Positions 23,552-35,745 of a stretch of 64,000 nt of DNA are shown piece by piece. Under the pieces are notes generated by a model, which had not been told where the DNA came from, ran no database searches, and worked only from the letters and a program-made list of their open reading frames with translations. Each line of letters starts with the position of its first letter. Within the stretch, counting starts at the first letter, position 1. The position numbers were made by a program, and so were the translations under genes. The stretch is from Leucoraja ocellata. Its lineage: Eukaryota. The stretch lies in assembly GCA_036785375.1 (NCBI GenBank), contig JAWMAR010000008.1, forward strand, positions 4,030,001 to 4,094,000, in the 5' to 3' direction.

Positions 23552-24686
23552 TTAATCTTCCTTATACTAAAAGCATGCCTTCTTCAAAACGTAATTCTTT
23601 ACTAGCCTGTCCAAGTACTTTTGATTTCCCAGGAACACTCTCTCAGCCTCCTACCATTGTTCATTCAATAACAACACTGGCGAAGTTTGTTTGTGGTTTG
23701 TTGCATCCCTTCAAGAGCTGCAGAGATCACAGCAGTTATGCTAAACATTGTCAACTTCAAGAACTTGTAAAACATCAAAAGGAAGACACACTGGAAGCTG
23801 ATAATTGCAGCATTGCACAAGGAATCCCAATTCTTCTGTTGTGAACTTTGTAGCTTAGAAACTGAAGTTCGCCTTTCTCGTAATGAACCAAGCCCTCACT
23901 GCATTTTGATTTCATGCCAAATCAAGTTCCCTGCAAACAAAATTGCCCTGAAAGCCATTTGAGACAGTGGCAGAATTATCCATTGTGCTTAAGCTAGACG
24001 AGTGCATTCTCCACAGGACCAGGCACAAAATAGCCCAGCTGCTGACACTTGATTTTGCACCAGGTCTTAAAAGCACAAATGCCATTATAGAGCAGGAGCA
24101 CAAACTATGTCTCCCATGGAGGAAGTTGTAAGGGAGTTGCAGAGAATAACATTATTTACAGACATGTTCATAGAGGTCCCAGCAGGTGAGATACCAGTGA
24201 GGAGACTGCTGGATCTTCGGTTTCGGCGGACTGCGGTGGGTGGAGCAGGAGATCACCAGGCCAGTCTCTAGAAGCGTCCAATGTTCCCAACTGTAGTGGC
24301 AACAATTCCTGCAGCATGAAGACATGACGGAAGAAATTTCACAAACCATGTAAACTGCCTGGAGGTTTGTGAACATTATTTTTCCAGTCTCCAAAATGTC
24401 TCCGTTGCCCTCAGCTTATTTTTAAGGTGAGAGCAAAGTTTAAAAATAAATCACAAGATTCATTAGCACAAAGGAACATAAGAAAGTGCAGATGCAGGAA
24501 AATGCTGAGGCAAAATATACACTTCTGGAAGAACTCAGCGGGTTAAGCAGCATCTACGGAGGAAAAGCGATGGTCGAAGTTTCCAGTCAAGTCCCTGCAT
24601 CCGGACTGATTAACAATAGTTTCCAAACTCTGTGGGCTCGCTCATGTCATGCAACTCCGTTCAAGAACAGTGAGAGCTAGGGATTG

Positions 24687-25630
24687 AACATCTCGTATAC
24701 ATTCCAGGAAATCCTCTTCCTCAGCGCTGTTACCAATTTGGTTGGCCCAATCTATCATGTGTGGCTTTAATCTACATATAGATTGGGCCTACCAAATTGG
24801 TAACAGCACTGAGGAGGAGGATTTCCTGGAATGTAGACGGGATGTTTTTTTTAAACCAATATGTAGAGGAACCGACTAGAGGACAGGCCATCCTAGACTG
24901 GGTATCGTGTAATGAGGAAGGATTGGTTAGCAATCTTGTTGTGCAAAGCCCCTTGGGCAACTGACCATTATATGGTGGAATTCTGCATTAGGATGGAGAG
25001 TAACACCAAAGAGACTAAGGTCCTGAACTTAAAGAAAAGAGACTTTGAAGGCATGAGATGGGAAATGGCTAGGATAGACTGTAAAATGATACTTAAAGGG
25101 TTGACGGTGGCGATGTAATGGCAAAGATTTAAAGACTGCATGGATGAACGCCAAAAATTGTTCATCCCTGTCTGGCAAAAAAAATAAAACAGGAAAGCGG
25201 CTCAACCATGGCAAATGAGGGAAAACAAGGATAGTATTAAATCCAAGGAAGAGGCTATAAATTGGCCAGAGGAAGCAGCAAATCGGAGGACTGGGAGAAA
25301 TTTAGAACTGAACAGAGGAGGAGAAGGGGTTAATTAAGAGGGGGGAAAGGGGGAATGAAAGAAAGCTTGCAGGGAATATAAAAACTGACTGTGAAAGCTC
25401 CTTTAGATATGTAAAAAGGAAAAGATTAGTGGACAAATGTAGTCCGAGACAGGTGAATTTATAATGGGAAACAAGGAAATGGCAGAACAGTTAAACGAGT
25501 ACTTTGGTTCTGTTTTCACTAAGGAAGACACAAACAATCTCCCATAGATACTAGCGGACCGAGGATCTAATGGGAGGGAGGAACTGATGGGAATCCACAT
25601 TAGTCAGGAAATGGTGTTAGGTAAACTGTT
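24687..25630 (+). mobile_element. CR1 ORF2 fragment (endonuclease C-term and linker) with 5' fold-back duplication
   Basis: FNLHIDWA.QIGNS.EEEDFLEC...FLNQYVEEPTRGQAILDWV...DHYMVEF; inverted arms at 24687-24755 and 24778-24846. Confidence 0.88.
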
Positions 25631-26744
25631 TGTGTAGACTTCTAGTTGTAGTTCCATTTGCTGCTCCCGATATTCCACAGACCTCACAACACAACATCTT
25701 ATACAACATCTAATTATAGGTTGAGATCTTCATTACTACAAATATTTCATTTCGTTATTGCGAAGAGTAGAGCAGGTTTTAAGTAAACAGTTCCGCCATG
25801 ATGTGTAGGCATCTCAGTCAGGCACTCGCATTTGTTAAGGTTAATGGTCGTTTTGGCTCAAAACTATTTTTGCTGCTGACATTACTGAAAATCCAACTCC
25901 CCAGGAGCAGGTCGTACTAAATGGGAGCAGCACTCTGAGCATCACAGAGGAAGTGGCACTGAATTCACTGGAGCATTGATTCTGAAATGTCTCCAGTGGC
26001 AATTTGCTGAGCTTGGTTCTGAGGGAGGTATCTGGAGAAATGTCAATGAGCACCTCTAATGGCTTTGATGGGACAGTGAAGTAATTTAGCTTCAATATTT
26101 AATACATGCACTCAAATTACACTCTGCAGCTGAGGCACAGCTCATGTCCAGCACGGCAAAAGCAACTTTCAATGAGCTGAGTTGTTAGAGATAACGATGA
26201 CCATGCTTTCTGCTCTTCACTGTTCTCCGGGCCCCATGGTTGAACTCGGTGAAGAGAATTCTTTATCATCATATTTCTATTATTTTCAATTATTTTCAAA
26301 TGAAACATTTATCATCACTGGTAATAATTGCAAAAGGGGCTTCCCACAGGTGCTGAGCATGTGAAATGCAAACTGTGAGTCCTGGAGGTAGTCAGCAGGT
26401 CAGGCATCATCTGAGGTGAGAGAGAGTCACAGTTACATTTCCAGCCATGATCAAGTGTAGTGGTGGAACATGGCAGATCCTGAACATTAATTGCTGCTAT
26501 CGCTGCTGATGTAGCTGACCTGCTGCGTATTCCAATAGTTCATAGTATTTATTAGGAATTAATTACATGCCTTACCCTGCTTGAAGCAACTTGTCCAACC
26601 AATTGCCATGGGGTAGACCATCGCACAAAACAAATGTGTCATAATGCAGACGTTCTTTGCAAATGCATGAAGGGCATAAACAACCAGGCAATCAATGAAA
26701 TCTTCAGCTGAAGTGTAATGTGGACAAAAGTCAAATAACTACAT

Positions 26745-26893
26745 TGAGTAGTGTGTTCATCATAGTGTCTGTGAGGAGTGTGTTCACCAGTGTCAGTGTG
26801 GGGTGAGTTCACCACAGTGCATGTAAACAGTGGATTCACCACAGTGTCAGTGAGGGGCGTTCATCATGGTGTCAGTCAACAGTGTGTTCACCC
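26745..26893 (+). repeat. degenerate ~26-bp minisatellite (about 5-6 units)
   Basis: Recurrent cagtgtcagtg..gg.gtgttcacca units. Confidence 0.65.
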
Positions 26894-27349
26894 ATTGCCA
26901 CCTCTGTCCATGCTGCCGTGATTAAAACCTGAAGGTGTGACATCAGGAAAGCAATGTGGGAACATGGCAGCTGGGAAGTGACATTTCCGGTTTTTTACAC
27001 TTTCAAATGAGATCGCTTAGAAATTAGTTTTTGTCGGGTTTTTTTAATTTCGCAGATGAGGCAAAGGCTCAGCTGGGAGAACTCCAATGTTACTTCTTAT
27101 GTTAACACCACCTAAACAAGCATTAAACCTTTATGAGAGAAAAATTATAATATTTTCTCTTGCCAAAAAACATCCAAGCCAAAAGAGCTTTTCTTTTTCG
27201 TCTGAATGTATAAACCCCCCTAAATATTAATGTATAGAACACCAAGTTCTATACATCGTGTATATGGATGGGCCACGGCTGTGGACTAGGAACGGGGCAG
27301 GAGGCCTTTATCGAGGTGCCGCAGTGTCGATGCCTCCCGGATCGCCACA

Positions 27350-27475
27350 TAACAAAGAACTGCAGGTGCTGGTTTATCAAAGAAAGGCACAAAATGCTGG
27401 AGTAACTCAGCGGGTCAGGCAGTAACTCTGGGGAACATGAAGAGGTGATGTTTCAGGTCGAGACCCTTCTTCAGG
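27350..27475 (-). mobile_element. Penelope pseudo-LTR
   Basis: gaactgcaggtgctgg...ggagtaactcagcgggtcaggcag...ggtcgagacccttcttcag. Confidence 0.85.
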
Positions 27476-27479
27476 TGTC

Positions 27480-28320
27480 TGATAACAGTGTGAAACAAGT
27501 TGTTCTTGAATCTAGTGGTATATGCTTTCAAGATTTTGTATATTCTGTGAAAGAAAGAGAAGAGAGAATGACCTCAGTCTGAGTGATAATGTTATCTGCT
27601 TTCCCAAAGTGGATTGAAGTAGGTGGATGGGGGGAGCCTGATTTGCATGATGGACTCGGCTGCATCCACAGCTCTCTGCATTTCCTTATGGTATTGGGCA
27701 AAGCATTTGGTATATCAAGCTGTGACACAACCTGATAGGATGCATTCTACTGTGCATCTGCAGAAATGTATAAGATTCATTCGAGACATGCTGAATTTCC
27801 TTAGACTTCTGGGGAAGTAAGGGCTTTCTTGTCCATGGCACCAATGTGGTTGGACCAGGTCAATTTGTTGGTGATATTTACACCAAGGAATGTGAAGCTC
27901 TCAACCTTGTCCACTTCAGCACCATTGTTGCAGACTGGGATGTGTACACCACCCTACTTCCTTAAAGCGATGTCAGCTCCTTTGTTTTGCTTATATTGAG
28001 GTAGAATTTGTTATCCTGACACCATGCTGGTAAACTCATTATCTTATTTGTGTCCTCCATCTCATCATTGTTTGAAATCGAGCCAGAAATTTAAGTCCAG
28101 ATTTGGAATGATGGTGTTGTAGGCAGAGCTATAGTTTCTAACTTGAATTCTGACATTGACATCATTGTCATCCTGATGTTCCAGGAATGACTGTCGTGCA
28201 GGGTGACATCATCTGTCATGGACCTGCGGCAGCAACAGGTGAATTGTTGTGTGGGAGCCTAGGGTTGATGTATGATATGACCAACCTCTCGAAGCACTTT
28301 ATGATGATTTGATTTCAGAT
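27480..28320 (-). mobile_element. degenerate Rex1/Babar LINE RT C-terminal region
   Basis: Minus strand VESFTFLGVNITNKLTWSNHIGAMDKKA and downstream Rex1-type motifs. Confidence 0.75.
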
Positions 28321-28350
28321 TCACTCATCTTTAATGCACGCTACTTTGAT

Positions 28351-28675
28351 TTTTAGTTTAGGGTTTAGGTTAGTTTAGTTTAGAGATACAACGCAGAAAC
28401 AGGACCTTCGACCCACCGGTTCTGCGCTAACCAGCGATCCCTGCATATTAACACTATCCTACACCCACTCGGGACAATTTTTACATTTACCAACCAATTA
28501 ACCTACGTCTTTGGAGTGTGGGAGGAAACCGAAGATCTCGGAGAAAACCCACATGGTCACGGGGTGAACATACAAACTCCGTACAGGCAGCACCCATATT
28601 CGGGATCGAACCCGGGCCTCTGGTGCTGCATTCGCTATAAGGCAGCAACTCTACCACTGCACCGCCATGCTGCCC
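28351..28675 (-). mobile_element. HE1-like V-SINE
   Basis: Head, V-domain and (ctaaa)n tail. Confidence 0.88.
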
Positions 28676-29069
28676 TGCGCTGGGATGATAGCGGTCTTCG
28701 TAAAGCAGGTGGGAACTACAAATTGGAGTAGAGATAAGTTAAACACGTTCATGAATACCTGTTAGCTGATCTGTGCAGATTTTGAGGAAGCAACCAGGGA
28801 CTTCATCAGGGCCTGTCGCCTTTCATGGGTTCACTCTCAGGAAAGCTGATCTGACATCTGCGACAGTGAACATGGGGACAGATGTACCCGAGGTTGGTGT
28901 GGCATGTAATGTGATGTGATTTCACTGTTCAAAACAAACACATTGGGGAGGAATGAGTTTATACTAGCGATGATGTCTGACTTTACTTTGTAACCTGTCA
29001 CACAATGCAAGTCTTACACAATTGACAGGTGTCTGTGCAATTATTCTGCTACTCTAGGTTGGTTCATAA

Positions 29070-29215
29070 TTGTCATAGTCATAGAGTGATACAGCGTGGA
29101 CACAGGCCCTTCGACCCCACTTGCCCAAACCGACCAACATGTCCCAGCTGCACTAGTCCCACTTGCCCACATTTGCCGCATATCCCTCCAAACCTGTCCT
29201 ATCCATGAATTTGTC
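29070..29215 (-). mobile_element. CR1 3' UTR fragment
   Basis: Tail ctatgactatga and the gggcctgtgtcc motif on the minus strand. Confidence 0.75.
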
Positions 29216-30811
29216 TCCTAGCATTCTTGATGGGTTTGCAAAGGTCATACGTAAAATTCCTATGAAGGTCAGGGTCGTTTCACTCGAATACTACAGATTT
29301 GGAATTCACCAGCGAGTGCATCTCACGGTTTCCAGTTGTGGAATACTCGCACTGACTTCTTTGACACGCGGTCTTCAACATGCTTAGTGATGAAGTCTGT
29401 GATGTCAGTGGCATGTTCATTTAGGTGGGTCACTGAGTTCGTGAATAAGGACCAGTCCACCAACTCAAAGCAGTCACCGGATCTGTGATGTAGTTTGGGA
29501 TATTTCAGTACAGTGAAGGTTTTAACTGAATACTGTTTATGATTGTGGTTGTTCACAAAGTTCAACAGCCGTGATACCATTTCTTCAGCACTCTTTCATT
29601 CTCTCTGGCGTCAAGCTATCCGTAAACAACAGTAAGGTCATTGTTCCCTTCTTAAAATCTTACTTTCAATCATGTCCTTGAAGTGCATCAGGAATGCAAG
29701 TGGCATTTGCAATGCTGTTTTTTATTATCACCTTTGGACTTGTCTTCAATCACTGAACTTCTTCCAAATCTCCATCCATATCCTTTGCATGGCTAGCCCT
29801 GGGTTAATGGATTCACCGGCCAATTTACATATCGTCTGCATTCATAAAGTATTCATCGTTGTCTGAGCCAATTGAAACAGTTGTCCTGCTCTTCAGAAAA
29901 TCTTCCCAGAAGACAGTCAAGGCCACGGCCACTAAACGGGTTTGCTGCTTAATATGTGCAGCCGCATCCTCAGACTTCAGTCGGCCTGTAGGTGATGTTA
30001 TCTTACTGACAGGTTTAATGTTTAATTCAGCATTCATTGCAGCTGTTATCACAGTTGGAGTTAAGGAAGATTGGTACATGTGTAGCAAAGTGGAACATCG
30101 TGGATTAGGGTGTAGGATGGAGCTAGGAACTAGAAGGCTTGATCATGGACAGGATCTGCGGTGAGTGAAGGACATTGGAATAACTCAGCAGGTCAGGCAG
30201 CATCTCTGGACAACGTGAATAGGTGACACTTCCGCCAAGATCCTTTTACATCTTGTAATATTAACGGTCCCACACATTATGTCCTGTCCTGCCATTGCTT
30301 GTCATATAAGAGGATCTCTGCAGCTAAACCAGTATTTTTCGGGGAAGTCCAACTATTTCCACTTTAAATATAACTCTGGATTTTGTGAATCCCAATTATA
30401 ACTATTGCTGTGACTTTCCATGACTGTCACAGATTATGGGAATTAAAGACACATTTTCTGGACACTGCTGCGAGCAATCTGATAGAAAAACTCTTAGAGA
30501 TTATAAAGCCATATGTTATTTTTTCATTTTTCTTTGAATAGTTTTATTTAAAAGCTACATAAATATTAGAGTTTAATATTAAGTACTGAATAAGTGAAGC
30601 ATTCGGAGCATGAGGCCATGTAATGAAGCCTTCAGAAATGTATCTGTTCATAGATGGCAATTTTACGCCACGATATTTGGATTGCAACAGTGATTGCACT
30701 TCATTAGTAATGCATTGACCCTACAACACAGTATAACGGCTGGGGCCTGTTCGTAAACGTGTATCCATTGTGCACCCAGGAAATGAAAGCAGGACTGCAC
30801 AGTGGCACAGA

Positions 30812-31072
30812 GGGTGGAACAGTGGTGCAATGGTAGAGCTGCTGCCTCACAGTGCCAGAGACTAGGGTTCAATCCCGACAGTGGAGAGCTGTCTGTACAG
30901 AGTTTGTACATTCTCCCTATGACCCATGTGGGTTTTCTCCGGGTGCTCCAGTTTCTTCCCGCATTCCAAAGACGCGTGTGTGCGATACAAAAGTAGGATA
31001 ACATAGAAGGGGTGTTCGGGAGATCGATGGTCGGCGTGGCTGAAGGGCCTGTTTCCGTACTGTATCTCTAAA
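30812..31072 (+). mobile_element. HE1-like V-SINE
   Basis: ggttcaatccc B box, V-domain, tail. Confidence 0.85.
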
Positions 31073-32555
31073 CTCATATTACTAATATTTAAACAGAGAT
31101 CTTTTTTAAAGGAAGTGTTTGCGGAGTGTTTCATATCTCTGGCAGTGTTGAAGCTGCAATCTTGGGACATTTAAATACATGGGCTGAGGAGCTCAGTATT
31201 GAGGGAGTGTTAGGTTGTCAATTTTGGATAGGGTACAAAACCTCAGACAGTCTTCTCTCCCAGTGAATATAAAATATTCCACAGCAAGAAAGGCTTCCAT
31301 GTATCCTTGTCTGATGTTTCCTACAACTAACACTTAAAGCAGGTCACCTGGTTATTTACTTTCAATGCATTGTGGCTTTGCTACATACAGTTTGCCACAG
31401 CGACAGTGACAACACTTCAAAAATACTTCATTGGTTATAGAAGCCCACAGAAGATTTCAAGGTGATAAGAGGCACTAGATGAAAGCAAGTTCTTTGTTTT
31501 CCCTTCTTGTTATGGAAGCTCAGAGATGCGGTTGTTAGAAGATTACAACCTATACTCGTCCTTTCATGATAAAATTTGTAGCCATCATATAACCCATAAT
31601 TTCAACTGAGTTTGCTTGCTAACTCTGAACTGGATAAGTGGACTGATTTGTTCACCTCAAAGCTCTTCCATTCAATGGTTTCTCCTGCATCAAAAGAAAC
31701 ATATGCCATTTGATGGTTGATAACAACTGATGACTCAAAAGATCTGGGACATTTGGCAAAGTTAAATTGCAACAATCTTGCGATGTTGTCAGTATTTTTT
31801 CATCTGAATCCAGTGATCAAGAAAAAAAAACAAATTATCAAGAACAAAATTATGAGCCGTTGTACATGTGCCACAGTTTTATATTGCAACAGTGATGGCA
31901 TGTCAGCAGTAAAGCATTAGCCGACAACAGGTTAGAATGTCTTTGGAGCGACTCAAAATGCTCATTAGAAGTATGATACGCAGGCAACTAATTTGTGCTT
32001 TGGACATAGATCTTCAATTGGAGGTCCTGGGTCACAGGCATGACAGAGAGATCAAGAGAAGTTCAGATGTAAGAGTATCTGTTTTAAGGTACATCATAGA
32101 GATAGAGTCTGAAGAGGGAGAGGGGGGCATGAAGATTATCTGCATTGTGGTGTAAAACTGCCCCTATGTTTTAGGAGAGCATCTAAGCAATGAGCTTCAA
32201 AGCCCTTCAAAGGGCCGTTCCCTTTAACGTGCAGAAGCAGACCTTGCTTGACGTGGAGATATACAAGATTTATCCGTGCAAGTGATGGCCAACTAGGATG
32301 TTGTTGTGTATGTCCGCATGCCTCTGGCAGCCACAGGTAATGTTGATCAAATTCAATGCCATCAGCGACTTGCATAGTGAGTTTTCGGCTGAATTCCTTT
32401 GCTTCTCCTACAAAACAAGGTCCAGCATTGCACGTTCAGAAATATGAATTAGAAACTATTGCCAATAATTTTAGTGAATGATACAAGGGACCAGGTTCAA
32501 GGATCTGACTAGTAGAACCGAAAAAGGCTCACACGTCTGTTTAGTTGCCAATCAG

Positions 32556-32815
32556 TTTGATTGGCAAGAGAAAACAAAAACAGTACTTGTCTTGGTATGT
32601 GTGGGGTCCAGTTTACAGCAGCACGCCTCTCTCTCTCTCTCTCTTTGCCTCTGTCCGTGGCACTGATCCCGACTCAGCCCATCGCTGAACCCCTCTCGTA
32701 CATGAACTTTATTGGCAAGAGAGGGAACAAAAACAGTACTTGTCTTGGTATGCACGGGGTCCATTTTCCAGCAGCACCTCTCTCTCTCTCCCCCACTCTC
32801 CCCCTCTCTCTCTCT
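32556..32815 (+). repeat. tandem pair of ~150-bp units each ending in (CT)n
   Basis: ttggcaagag...caaaaacagtacttgtcttggtatg...ggggtcca...cagcagcac(ctct)n occurs at ~32556 and ~32708. Confidence 0.8.
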
Positions 32816-33440
32816 AAAGGATTTGAGTATAGGAGCAGGGAGGTTCTACTGCAGTTGTACAGGATCTTGGTGAGACCACACCTGGAGTATTGCGTACAGT
32901 TTTGGTCTCCTAATCTGAGGAAAGACATTCTTGCCATAGAGGGAGTACAGAGAAGGTTCACCAGACTGATTCCTGGGATGTCAGGACTTTCATATGAAGA
33001 AAGACTGCATAGATTTGGCTTGTACTCGCTAGAATTTAGAAGATTGAGGGGGGATCTTATAGAAACTTACAAAATTCTTAAGGGGTTCGACAGACTAGAT
33101 GCAGGAAGATTGTTCCCGATGTTGGGGAAGTCCAGAACAAGGGGTCATAGTTTAAGGATAAGGGGTAAATCTTTTAGGACCGAGATGAGAAAAAACATTT
33201 TTCACACAGAGAGTGGTGAATCTCTGGAATTCTCTGCCACAGAAGGTAATTGAGGCCAGTTCATTGGCTATATTTAAGAGGGAGTTAGATGTGGCCCTTG
33301 TGGCTAAAGGGATCAGGGGGTATGGAGAGAAGGCAGGTCGAGGATACTGAGTTGGATGATCAGCCATGATCATATTGAATGGCGGTGCAGGCTCGAAGGG
33401 CCGAATGGCCTACTCCTGCACCTATTTTCTATGTTCTATG
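32816..33440 (+). mobile_element. young 5'-truncated CR1 LINE
   Basis: Open frame LYRILVRPHLEYCVQFWSP...GLYSLEFRRLRGDLIETYKI...TRGHSLRI, then the 3' UTR and ttctatg tail. Confidence 0.95.
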
Positions 33441-35745
33441 ATTGCGGTGGATGGTGTCCATTTTGTGAATGGTATCTGATGTTGTCACAGTGAACTATTG
33501 GTGGAGAGTGGTGGATCTCTCTCCCCCCCCCCAGTTCAGCGGGAATGTATTCAATGCTGCTGCCTCAAAGTTAGCTTTCATGCGACATACATCAGTACGT
33601 GGTGATTCAATTGAAATACAGGGAAATCGATATCTGGTGTTCCACATTGCTTTGTAATTTCAGCAAATACTTCGGTTTAATATGTCTGTTTACAGTATTT
33701 AGCTCACCTGGTAAATGATGGTAACTCCGAAAATCTTATGAATGGGTACTGAATAGTATGCATCTTTTAAGTTGATGTCTACCATAAAGTATCCTAGGAA
33801 ATCCATGGTTAGCAGTTACAAGTTTCAATAAGTGTGTAACATGGTGAAAATACTCAAATGGTAAAGTCAATGATGGTGCAACATTCACCATCTTTGGGTT
33901 TTTTGGTACCAAAGGTTCATATTAGGCTTCTTTATGACCCCTAATATATATTCTCCAGTTAGCTAGTCCCTCCTGTTCTTTTTTAGTGGGAGGGTAGACC
34001 CTTTTGGGGTGCATGCTGAACTGGTAATATATGGTCCCTAGATAAGGGACGTATCAGATATTAAACTGATAAGAACAGATACTACACTTGATCTTAGCCA
34101 AAAGGCCGAGAAGTGATGGGTTTCGTAATTCAATTTTTATCCTTGAATACTTTTGGTATATAACTAACAAGTGTGATAGTTCTTCATGTTCCCAACCCAG
34201 GTGTGATCCCCCCCCCCCCCTCCCCCCTCCCTGTTAGTACAAACCCTTCATCTTTATTGTGATGGTAGGAACCATACTTATCTGTCTTCACTGTTGTTTA
34301 GTGGTGTGTTCATTTCTTTGGTTTCTGGTTCCTTGTCTGTAGGGATGGTGTTGTTGGGGGGTGGCGCATTTTCCATGGGGCCCCGCTCTGGACCCTGGCC
34401 TGAAAGGGCTTACGGGGGTTGGCATGCTTTCACCAGTGCTATTAAGTAGGCGCCTACTGGTGGACGCGTGGAGGTACTGCTGTCTGGTTTTGTGTGGTGT
34501 TCATTCCAGGCCCTGCCCTCTTGATGCCGAATATTTTGGATACTTCGTCCAGTTTCTTAGGCTTGGTTTGGTAACTTAGCCAGATAGCAGGATCTGTGGT
34601 TGTGAGGTCGGCGTTCTCACAGTCCTGTGAGTTTTTTAGTTTGAGGGCAGGTTTTATAACTTCCTTTGAGAAGTTGCAGACAGTACTGTGAACAGTAGGT
34701 TCAGGTGTTTTGCCATACTACCCTGCCCCTCTGGAATGAGCATGCAAAAATGATAGCTGACGTCAGAGGTATCAAATGCAATTTAAGATATTTGGGTTTT
34801 AAAAAGCTATGCTCAATGTACCCCCCAATAATGGTGGGCACTTTGAGTAAATGCAATTTAGGGGAGGCGTGATGAAATCCAACGCCTCATGACTACCTGT
34901 CTTGGAGAGGTTTTTTGAAAAGAACAGGTGGTAAGCTGGCCATCAGTTGAGACTGAATAGCCATCTCGCTAGTGGTGGAGCCACATAGCGGCCACACCCA
35001 GCAGCTCTTCCTGATCCTGTACCTCAAGCATACTCCCGATGTTGTTCAGCCAGTGAACCCTCTTCTTGACCAGCCCAGCCCTGGTCACCATCGATCCATC
35101 GATAAGGGAGATGGCCAGTGCTGTAGTGCATGAAGTGGGAGTGTTATGCTCCCTTGGCGAGCTTGCCCCTGCTCCTGAGGCAAGTCTTGCTGGAGTTTGA
35201 AGTGCCAATTCCATCTTCCGTGTCTGTCTCCAGCCCGAGGTTTGGTTGCTGGCTTTGCTGCTAGAGGCTGCCTGCCGTTTTCGGGCGGCGTTTCTGCGGT
35301 TCTCGGGCGGTGAGTCTCCTTGTCGGGAGTATGCAGGGGTTACCGGCCAGTTTTTTAGTTTCCCTCCAGTCCGCTGCTGTTGGTCAGACAGCTGTTAGCG
35401 GACTGGGCATCGGCTCAGTACCCTGACTGTGGACCGCAGCGTGTGCGGTCCCGGTGCCGCCTCTCCCCCCCTCCACTGACGGAACGCTCCTTCCCTGGAG
35501 TCGAACGGGGGCCGCTTCCCTCTGTTCTGCTTTGCTGTCTTCAGTTCCCCTGCAGCAACAAAGAGGAGCAAAGTAGTGAATTCGAACCTGTGGGTAAGTA
35601 CTTACCTAACGGTCCGTTCCTTCAGGCTTGTAGCGGGAGCGCCTGTACTCCCGTTCGTCGCTGTTGCATCTGCGTGAACGCTATGGCGCGCATGCGTGCT
35701 GGACGGGTTATTCACGTAGTCACTCACGTGGCTCCGAAGTAAAAT
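33441..35745 (-). mobile_element. DIRS retrotransposon copy A (5' end, gag, RT start, methyltransferase remnant; internally deleted)
   Basis: 5' end ttttacttcggagccacgtgagtgactacgtgaa matches the ICR of copy B; RT motif YFMVDINLKDAYYSVPIH (~33740-33790); MT motif VFAEITKQCGTPDID (~33625-33670) is homologous to VFAEITARYGTPDID in copy B. Confidence 0.85.
34025..34117 (-). pseudogene. RNU2: U2 snRNA 5' fragment (nt 1 to ~93, truncated before the Sm site)
   Basis: Minus strand ATCaCTTCTCGGCCTTTTGGCTAAGATCAAGTGTAGTATCTGTTCTTATCAGTTTAATATCTGATACGTCCCTTATCTAGGGACCATATATTA is the vertebrate U2 5' half, including GTAGTA and stem-loops I, IIa and IIb. Confidence 0.95.

Noticed and set aside
26745-26893. 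CRISPR-like periodic repeats
   Set aside because: Degenerate tandem minisatellite with no unique spacers, no cas genes, and a eukaryotic context.
29825-30164. Overlapping 87/101-aa ORFs as a host exon
   Set aside because: No recognisable motif or splice signals; length is within chance expectation.
34025-34117. Functional U2 snRNA gene
   Set aside because: Lacks the Sm site and 3' stem-loops; flanks are DIRS pol, not PSE or 3' box.
33441-35745. Keno/Utopia U2-specific non-LTR element next to the U2 fragment
   Set aside because: Flanks carry DIRS RT/MT motifs and a DIRS terminus, and U2 nt 1-93 are uninterrupted.
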